Assembly: GCA_044347005.1 (NCBI GenBank)
Contig: JBIIYD010000002.1
Span: 1 to 39,309, forward strand
Length of the DNA stretch: 39,309 bases
Source of the DNA: Flavobacteriales bacterium
GTDB taxonomy: Bacteria > Bacteroidota > Bacteroidia > Flavobacteriales_F > PHOS-HE28
Direction: 5' to 3'
Under the pieces are notes generated by a model. That model saw nothing but the letters and a program-made list of their open reading frames with translations. It was not told the origin of the DNA and ran no database searches. The translations under genes and the position numbers were made by a program. This document shows, piece after piece, positions 33,374-39,309 of the stretch (position 1 is the first letter of the stretch; the number at the start of each line of letters is the position of its first letter).

Positions 33374-34362
33374 CGGACAAGCGAGATAAAGCCCGTATAG
33401 GGCGGTGAGTTGCCTTCCAACTGGTTCAGCTGGATGTGGTAGTAGTAGGTCCCTACCGGCACCTTGGTCCCGTTGTTGGTCCCATCCCAAGGATCGCGGT
33501 AACCGACGCTGCGGAACATGCGCTGCCCCCAGCGGTCGAAGATGAGCACCTCGGCACCCGGGTAGTCCGCCATTCCGGGTATCTCCCAGCGATCGTTATA
33601 ACCATCCTCGTTGGGGGTGAAGGTGTTGGGCGGGTCGATCCTGCGGATCACGAACACGGTGGCCTGGTCCGTGAATGTGCAGCCATTGATCTGGGTGGTC
33701 AGGGTATAGGTCGTAGTACCGCTCGGGCTCGAGATCGGGTCCGGAATGGTGTTCCCGCTCAAGCCCGAAGTGGGCGACCAATCATAGGGTGGACCGCCGA
33801 AGCCTTGCAGCTGGGTGGTCTCTCCTTCGCCGATGGTAAGGTCCGGACCGGCCGAGAAATCGACGTCGACGACATCCACACCGGGTCCGGCCACTTCGAG
33901 GGTGAAGTCGCATTGCGCATGTGTGGTGGCCCCATTGTTCAAAGCGCCTGCGACCACCACCCAATAGCGTGTATCGGGCAGCAGGCCCTGCGTAACGATA
34001 TTGAAGGGCAGCGTATCCTCATCACAGGCGGAAACCGCCGAAAAGGATGCCGGGGTGCAACTGCCATTGCCACTGAGCACAGTGATGCTCAGGGCATCGC
34101 CCATGCCCGTGATCTGCGGGCAATCGATCTCGAGCAAACGAACAACAGCCTCACCTCCGAGGCTATTGGTCCTGAAGGTGTACCACAGCAGGTTGGACGT
34201 TCCCGGGCAAAAACCGGGGAGTCCTGTGACCCCTGTGTTGTTGCCTGCCACGGGTTGTTGGGCGCAAAGCAGAACGGCTTGGGCACAGTCGCTGTTGGGT
34301 GGTTGCGCAGCGGTGTTCACCGCGTGCACCACCAGGATCAACAGCAGGAACGTGCTTCGCAT
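33370..34362 (-). CDS. Small (330 aa) T9SS type B CTD protein: Cys-rich N-terminal domain of unknown family, one Ig-like pre-CTD module, gliding-motility-associated CTD
   Basis: Signal peptide MRSTFLLLILVVHAVNTAAQ. N-terminal domain PPNSDCAQAVLLC...WYTF...C...C...YWVVV...CDFTLEV. Pre-CTD module FSAGPDLTIGEGETTQLQG...YDWSP...TYTLTTQINGCTFTDQATVFV. CTD (33373-33639) FTPNEDGYNDRWEIPG...LIFDRWGQRMFRSVGYRDPWDG...GTYYYHI...GFISLVR. Confidence 0.85.
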   Translation of the reverse strand: MRSTFLLLILVVHAVNTAAQPPNSDCAQAVLLCAQQPVAGNNTGVTGLPGFCPGTSNLLWYTFRTNSLGGEAVVRLLEIDCPQITGMGDALSITVLSGNGSCTPASFSAVSACDEDTLPFNIVTQGLLPDTRYWVVVAGALNNGATTHAQCDFTLEVAGPGVDVVDVDFSAGPDLTIGEGETTQLQGFGGPPYDWSPTSGLSGNTIPDPISSPSGTTTYTLTTQINGCTFTDQATVFVIRRIDPPNTFTPNEDGYNDRWEIPGMADYPGAEVLIFDRWGQRMFRSVGYRDPWDGTNNGTKVPVGTYYYHIQLNQLEGNSPPYTGFISLVR

Positions 34363-34502
34363 GGGTCGCCATCGGTCGGACTCGAATTAAGGTACACGCC
34401 CGGCCACGCCGAAGATAGACGGAGCCTTTGCCCGGTCCGGACAGGGCTCCCGAGCAATTTCACACACTGTACTGTTGAGGGCAGGCGGAGTCTCGATCCT
34501 TG

Positions 34503-34522
34503 GTTCGGGCCGCAGCCCGAAC
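34503..34522 (-). terminator. GC-rich hairpin about 50 nt downstream of tRNA-Arg (possible terminator or processing signal; no U tract)
   Basis: gttcgggc (34503-34510), loop cgca, gcccgaac (34515-34522): an 8-bp stem. On the minus-strand RNA it is followed by CCAAGGAUCG, which is not U-rich. Confidence 0.25.
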
Positions 34523-34573
34523 ATCATCGCGCCAGCTTCGCGAACGACTTGTGCAAAGCGTAATGCCTTCGTG

Positions 34574-34645
34574 TGACCCCACCAGGAATCGAACCTGGAT
34601 CTAGAGTTTAGGAAACTCCTATTCTATCCGTTGAACTATGGGGCC
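34574..34645 (-). tRNA. tRNA-Arg (anticodon CCU)
   Basis: The reverse complement folds by hand into a cloverleaf. Acceptor stem GGCCCCA/TGGGGTC with one G-U pair. D stem GTTC/GAAT. Anticodon stem GGAGT/ACTCT with loop TT-CCT-AA. 4-nt variable loop. T stem CCAGG/CCTGG with loop TTCGATT. Discriminator A; CCA is not encoded. Length 72 nt. Confidence 0.88.
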
Positions 34646-34729
34646 GTTACCGCCGGTGACAGCGGCCGCAAAAGTAGCCGAGACCGTCGAACGGAAGGAC
34701 GGACCCGACCGATCACTTCGGTGATGTCC

Positions 34730-35716
34730 TCACCATTGCGGCCGTTCAGGCTTATTCCCCAGTACCTTCTCGATCTTCTCCATCACAGTTGGCACAAGCA
34801 GGTCCTGGGCTTCGCTGGCCTTCAGGTTCTCCTTCAACTGGGCATCCTTGCTGGCACCCAGGATCACCGTGCTCACATTCGGGTTCTTCAGGCACCAGGC
34901 CAGTGCCATCACGGGCAGGCTAAGCTCCAGGCCATCGGCGATCTTGTTCAGCTTTTCCACCGTCTTCAAGCGTTCCGGTGTAAGCTCACGTTCGCGCAAC
35001 CAGTCCAGTCCGGCCATGGTCAGCCGTGTTCCTTTCGCTGCTTTGATGTCGCGGTGCTTGCCTGTGAGGATGCCGCTGGCCAATGGGCTCCATACCGTGG
35101 TACCAAGACCCACCGTCTTGTACACCTGCCCGAACTCCAATTCGACCTTCGTCCGGTGGAACATGTTGTACTGCGGTTGCTCCATCACAGGACCGATCAG
35201 GTGGTGCTGCTTGGCGATCATATGCGCTTCCATGATCTCCTGCGCGCTCCATTCGCTGGTGCCCCAGTAAAGGATCTTGCCGCTCATGATCAGCTGGTGC
35301 ATGGTCCACACGGTCTCCTCGATGGGGGTGTTCTTGTCCGGCCGATGGCAGAAGTATAGGTCGAGGTACTCCACCTGTAACCGCTTGAGCGCATCGTTGC
35401 ACGCTTCCACCACATGCTTGCGGTGCAGGCCAACCTGCGTTGGAAGTTTGCCGCCAGCACCGAAGTACACCTTGCTGCTTACGACCCAGGTATCGCGCTG
35501 CCATTTGGTCTTCTTCAGGATCCTGCCCATCACTTTCTCGCTCTCGCCGCGTGCATAGATCTCCGCATTGTCGAAGAAGTTGATGCCGCTGTCGTATGCG
35601 GTCTTCATCAGTTTCTCCGCCACGGGATCGGCGATCTGTTTGCCGAAGGTGAGCCAGGAGCCCAAAGAGAGCTCGCTTACTTGGAGGCCTGAAGTACCCA
35701 GACGACGATAACGCAT
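34730..35716 (-). CDS. Aldo/keto reductase, Kv-beta-subunit-like (AKR6-type)
   Basis: ORF 34730..35812. I moved the start to ATG 35716. MRYRRLGTSGLQVSELSLGSWLTFG is the canonical AKR N-terminus. Also present: FFDNAEIYA.GESE, DLYFCHRPD, ILYWGTSEWSA and EQPQYNMF. Confidence 0.9.
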   Translation of the reverse strand: MRYRRLGTSGLQVSELSLGSWLTFGKQIADPVAEKLMKTAYDSGINFFDNAEIYARGESEKVMGRILKKTKWQRDTWVVSSKVYFGAGGKLPTQVGLHRKHVVEACNDALKRLQVEYLDLYFCHRPDKNTPIEETVWTMHQLIMSGKILYWGTSEWSAQEIMEAHMIAKQHHLIGPVMEQPQYNMFHRTKVELEFGQVYKTVGLGTTVWSPLASGILTGKHRDIKAAKGTRLTMAGLDWLRERELTPERLKTVEKLNKIADGLELSLPVMALAWCLKNPNVSTVILGASKDAQLKENLKASEAQDLLVPTVMEKIEKVLGNKPERPQW

Positions 35717-35901
35717 GATGGGGAAGGTTGGAAGGGAACAGGATGGCGATGGACCGCTCGTTGCAGGAACATGGCACAAGCGGCGATGCGGTAGGAACAA
35801 AGATCGCAACATGTTGTGCTATACCTGTTCATATTCGAAAAGCACAAGCCTTGCGGGCACTTCATTGCACTGTACTTTGGCGAACCTCAAGCGCTCGCCC
35901 C

Positions 35902-37686
35902 ATGTTCCGGAATACCGCATCAACGCTGGTTCTACTGTTCACCCTGTTCATTGCCACGCTCGATGCCACGGCCCAATGCCCGGGCTGTATAGCGAATGTG
36001 ACCTGTACCGCCACACCGGCATACCCCACATTGTGTCCAGCGCAGCCGCCGGAAGCCACGGCGGGCGAGTACTATGAAACGGACATCACGTTCTGGCTAC
36101 CGACCACGTTCACCGACCCGGGTACCGGATTCAATGTCACCTTCAACCAAATGACCATCACCAGCGTGACCGGCCTTCCCTTCGGTCTAAGCTTGGAGAC
36201 CAACGAGCCTTCCGGCGTCTACTTTCCCCAGCAGGACCAGTACGGCTGTGGACGCATTTGCGGTACGCCATTGGGGGCGGGAACATTCGAGGTGACCATC
36301 AGCATCATTGCCGGGGTCACCTTCTCCGGCATCGACGTCGATGCACCGGAGCAATTCGTGATCCCCTTGGTGGTGCTGCCCGGCTCGGGTTCCAACAGCA
36401 GTTTCACCTTCACCCCCACCACCGGTTGCGGAACCGTGGACGTGGACTTCCAGTCCTTGATCGACGCCAGCCCACAACCCATGGCCTGGGACTGGGATTT
36501 CGGCAACGGCAACACGAGCAGCCTTCAAACACCGCCCACCCAGACCTACGACGAGCCCGGCACGTACACCATCACCTTGGAGACCACGATCAACGGTCAT
36601 GTCCTGGAGAGCGTGTCGGTGACCGCACTGAACGAGAACTGGTGTGGCGATGTGGAGGAAACGTTCTGCAATTGCGGCACACCCATCATCGGAACGTGCC
36701 CCGACCTGTATTTCACGCTGAACAATGCGAACGGCACGGTATATACGAGCGGGACCAACGATGGCACCACGAATACCAATTGGAGCAACCTGGGCCTCCT
36801 GCTCCAGGACCCACCCTATTCCATAACCATCTGGGACGAGGACGTGGCCAGCCAGAACGACGACCTGGGCACCTACGACCTTGTGCTGGGCTCCGGAGGC
36901 AATTACACCTTCGATGTGGCCGGCGGCACCACCGGTTTTCTCTGGATATCGCTGCAACCCCAGCAGCAATTCAGCGATACGGACACCATCTTCGTGTTCG
37001 GGCTTCCCGAGGTGGTCGTGAACCAGGACCTCATCAGCGGGGAACTCTGCGTACAGGACACGCTCCTTTCGAGCTACACCTGGTTCCTGGATGGCGATAC
37101 GGTACCGGACGCCACGGGGCCCTGCGTGGTTCCGACCGGACCCGGACTCTGGTCGGCGGTGGGCACCAATGGCTTCGGCTGCACCGCCCAAAGCAACACC
37201 ATCATCATTTGCCCCGAGATCGAGATCACGCGCAACGGGCCGGTTCTTTCCGTGGACAATGGGTTCAACGGCTATTTCTGGAGCTTTGGCGGAGCGGGCA
37301 TCCCCGGGGGCGATGGGCCTTCCATTACGGCCACGGCCGATGGCACCTACACGGTGGTGGTGCAGGCCGACAACGACTGCGAGATCACGGCCACTTACAC
37401 GTACAGCACAGTGGATATCGATGACCTGGAGGCCACGGGCGGTGGTATGCTGGTGTATCCCGTCCCCAATGATGGCGCGTTCACCGTGGAAGCAGCGGGG
37501 CTCGAAGGACCCATGGCCGGGCTGCGCATCGCCGACATGAGCGGCCGCATCGTTCACGAACGCCAGGAAACCGTTGCCCAAGGCCGTTTGCGCAGTGCTG
37601 TGCTGTTCGACGTGGCCCCGGGTCCTTATGTGGTGGAACTGCAGGCCGGTGGTCGGCGCTTCATGGAACGGATCATCGTGCAATAA
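35902..37686 (+). CDS. Secreted protein of unknown function with a PKD domain, a C2-like segment and a T9SS type A CTD
   Basis: ORF 35728..37686. I moved the start to ATG 35902, giving signal peptide MFRNTASTLVLLFTLFIATLDATAQ. PKD segment (about 36400-36591): FTFTPTTGCGTVDVDFQ...WDWDFGNGNTS...YDEPGTYTITLETT. C-terminal MLVYPVPNDGAFTVEA...IADMSGRIV...VAPGPYVVELQ matches Por_Secre_tail. Confidence 0.8.
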   Translation: MFRNTASTLVLLFTLFIATLDATAQCPGCIANVTCTATPAYPTLCPAQPPEATAGEYYETDITFWLPTTFTDPGTGFNVTFNQMTITSVTGLPFGLSLETNEPSGVYFPQQDQYGCGRICGTPLGAGTFEVTISIIAGVTFSGIDVDAPEQFVIPLVVLPGSGSNSSFTFTPTTGCGTVDVDFQSLIDASPQPMAWDWDFGNGNTSSLQTPPTQTYDEPGTYTITLETTINGHVLESVSVTALNENWCGDVEETFCNCGTPIIGTCPDLYFTLNNANGTVYTSGTNDGTTNTNWSNLGLLLQDPPYSITIWDEDVASQNDDLGTYDLVLGSGGNYTFDVAGGTTGFLWISLQPQQQFSDTDTIFVFGLPEVVVNQDLISGELCVQDTLLSSYTWFLDGDTVPDATGPCVVPTGPGLWSAVGTNGFGCTAQSNTIIICPEIEITRNGPVLSVDNGFNGYFWSFGGAGIPGGDGPSITATADGTYTVVVQADNDCEITATYTYSTVDIDDLEATGGGMLVYPVPNDGAFTVEAAGLEGPMAGLRIADMSGRIVHERQETVAQGRLRSAVLFDVAPGPYVVELQAGGRRFMERIIVQ

Positions 37687-37817
37687 TCCGCACAGGGTTC
37701 GGTAGCCCCGGCAAGTTGCCCTTGGGAATGGAACGGCACGACATTGCGGACCTCGTCGCCGTAGCTTTGTTCTGCAACAACCAATGCGGCACGACCGTTG
37801 TTGGTCCAGCTTAGACC

Positions 37818-39309
37818 ATGCGCTCCGATTACGACCTCCTTATCGCCAAGCTGGACGCGTTCATCCGCAAGTATTACAAGGACCGGCTCCTGAGGGGTGC
37901 CATATACAGCATCGGGTTGTTGGTCGGCGTGTTCCTGCTCGTGGCGGCACTGGAGTATTTGGGGCGGTTCGGCACCACGGCGAGGACCGTCCTCTTCTGG
38001 GGCGCCATCGGCACGATGGGCATCGTGATCGCTCGCTTCATCGCCATACCGCTCGTGAAGCTCTTCCACCTCGGCCCCGTCATTTCGCATACCGAAGCGG
38101 CACGCATCGTGGGCACCCACTTCGCGGAGGTGCAGGACAAACTGCTGAACACCCTGCAACTGCGGGGTCTGGCCGATAGCACCACCGAAGGGCGCGAATT
38201 GATCGAGGCCGCCATCGTGCAACGCAGTCATGAATTGGGGCCGGTACCGTTCAGCAACGCCATCGACCTGCGACGCAACACGCGCTACCTCCGCTATGCC
38301 CTGCCCCCGCTGGCCGTGCTGTTGGTGTTGCTCTTCGCAGCGCCCAGCCTCATCACCGGACCCACACAAAGGCTCATCCGCCATGGCAGCGAATTCATTC
38401 CGGAAGCCCCCTTCCGCTTCGTTGTGCTCAACGACGAACTCAGCGTGGCGGAGCAAAAGGACTTCGAGGTGTTGGTCGAACTGCAGGGCGATGTGGTGCC
38501 CCAGCAGGTGGAGCTTGAAGTCTCCGGCCAGCGCATTCCGCTGGTGAAGAAGGACGCTCGCCGCTTCGTCCACCGCTTCCGCAATGTGCAGGAAGCCCGG
38601 GTCTTCCATTTTACCGCGGAAGGCTTCCGTTCGGAGACCTATGAACTGCGCGTGGTACCCCATCCGATGTTGCTCGATTTCCGGCTGAACATCGCGTACC
38701 CGGCCTACCTGGCCATACCCTCCGCATCGGTCGACAATTCGGGGGACATCTCCGTGCCCGCAGGATCCCGCATCACCTGGGAATTGAACACGCGCAGCAC
38801 CGACCGACTGGACCTGGTGTTCGACGATACCACCCTGGTGCTGATGCCCGCCGCGAAGTCCGCCACCGGCGAGGTGTTCCGCTCCACGCGGCGCTTCCTC
38901 GCCAGCCGCACCTATCGCATGTCCGCCTACCACGGCGAGCGCATGGCGGACGAGGCCTTGCAATACCGGGTGGAGGTCGTACCGGACCTTCACCCCGTGA
39001 TCCAGGTAGAGACGCGCACGGACAGCACCGCCTTGAAGCGCCTCTTCTACCGTGGTGAGATCGGCGACGACCACGGCTTCAAGCGGCTGCTGTTCCACTA
39101 CCGCTTCGCTGCCGGTGGCGACAGTGTCGCGGCAGAATTGCGGAGCGGCAGCGAGGAGTTGCGCATCGCTCCGAAGGAAACGCGGCAGGAGTTCTACCAC
39201 AGTTGGGACCTGTATGGATTGACCATCCTTCCCGGCGACCGGCTCGAGTACTGGTTCGAAGTGTGGGACAACGATGGGGTGAACGGCAGCAAGAGCACCC
39301 GCAGCGCCG
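37818..39309 (+). CDS. Conserved membrane-anchored protein, possibly DUF4175 family (3' truncated by the window edge)
   Basis: ATG 37818 directly follows an in-frame TAG at 37812-37814. My manual translation found no stop up to base 39309 (497 codons). The ORF track omits it because it is open-ended. MRSDYDLLIAKLDAFIRKYYKDRLLRGAIYSIGLLVGVFLLVAALEYLG... has two N-terminal hydrophobic helices. It ends in ...LEYWFEVWDNDGVNGSKSTRSA, which resembles the conserved WDND..NG.KS motif I associate with DUF4175 proteins. That family name comes from memory only. Confidence 0.6.
   Translation, partial: MRSDYDLLIAKLDAFIRKYYKDRLLRGAIYSIGLLVGVFLLVAALEYLGRFGTTARTVLFWGAIGTMGIVIARFIAIPLVKLFHLGPVISHTEAARIVGTHFAEVQDKLLNTLQLRGLADSTTEGRELIEAAIVQRSHELGPVPFSNAIDLRRNTRYLRYALPPLAVLLVLLFAAPSLITGPTQRLIRHGSEFIPEAPFRFVVLNDELSVAEQKDFEVLVELQGDVVPQQVELEVSGQRIPLVKKDARRFVHRFRNVQEARVFHFTAEGFRSETYELRVVPHPMLLDFRLNIAYPAYLAIPSASVDNSGDISVPAGSRITWELNTRSTDRLDLVFDDTTLVLMPAAKSATGEVFRSTRRFLASRTYRMSAYHGERMADEALQYRVEVVPDLHPVIQVETRTDSTALKRLFYRGEIGDDHGFKRLLFHYRFAAGGDSVAAELRSGSEELRIAPKETRQEFYHSWDLYGLTILPGDRLEYWFEVWDNDGVNGSKSTRSA

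Noticed and set aside
34363-34645. tRNA-Arg(CCU) bordering the adhesin array, as a possible genomic-island integration site
   Set aside because: I found no integrase, excisionase or transposase in the window. I found no direct repeat of the tRNA 3' end at the other border (around 9086-9130). The GC content looks uniform by eye. The array looks like ordinary chromosomal T9SS cargo.
36187-37683. 498-aa minus-strand ORF and 388-aa plus-strand ORF (36258..37424)
   Set aside because: Both overlap the 35902..37686 gene, which alone has a signal peptide, a PKD motif and a T9SS CTD. The alternatives are Arg/Gly/His-rich nonsense.
37626-39200. 524-aa minus-strand ORF, the longest track entry at the right end
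   Set aside because: It is antisense to the open-ended plus-strand gene 37818..39309. The translation is low-complexity (runs of A, G, R, H, Q, E, V), with no signal peptide or recognisable motif. This is typical of a shadow ORF in a GC3-rich region.

Overview
This looks like a chromosomal segment from a high-GC member of the Bacteroidota. I infer that from type IX secretion (T9SS) sorting domains, three PorP/SprF genes and a TAnnTTTG-type promoter motif. About four fifths of the window encodes T9SS cargo or cargo-anchoring proteins. Left part: the 3' end of a type A CTD protein, two tandem paralogous M43 zinc metalloproteases with type A CTDs, and a minus-strand tRNA-Gln(UUG) with two intrinsic terminators on its 3' (M43) side. 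These are followed by a DUF2723 GT-C-like membrane protein co-oriented with a CE4/NodB polysaccharide deacetylase. Centre (9086-34362, all minus strand, 25.3 kb): a seven-gene array of three consecutive pairs, each a type B CTD cargo plus a PorP/SprF barrel. The cargos are a 330-aa mini cargo, a 3437-aa giant with 37 SprB-type repeats, and a 2914-aa giant with 32 copies of an unnamed ~81-aa two-cysteine repeat and a CUB-like N-terminal head. The array is closed by one PorE-like TPR/beta-propeller/CRD/OmpA_C peptidoglycan anchor. Right part: tRNA-Arg(CCU), a Kv-beta-like aldo/keto reductase, a PKD-containing type A CTD protein with a C2-like motif, and an open-ended ORF (possibly DUF4175-like) that the ORF track does not list. 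I saw no CRISPR array, transposase, integrase, rRNA or recognisable defence genes. Most antisense ORFs in the track are GC-driven shadow ORFs. All family assignments rest on motifs read by eye; no HMM or BLAST search was run.
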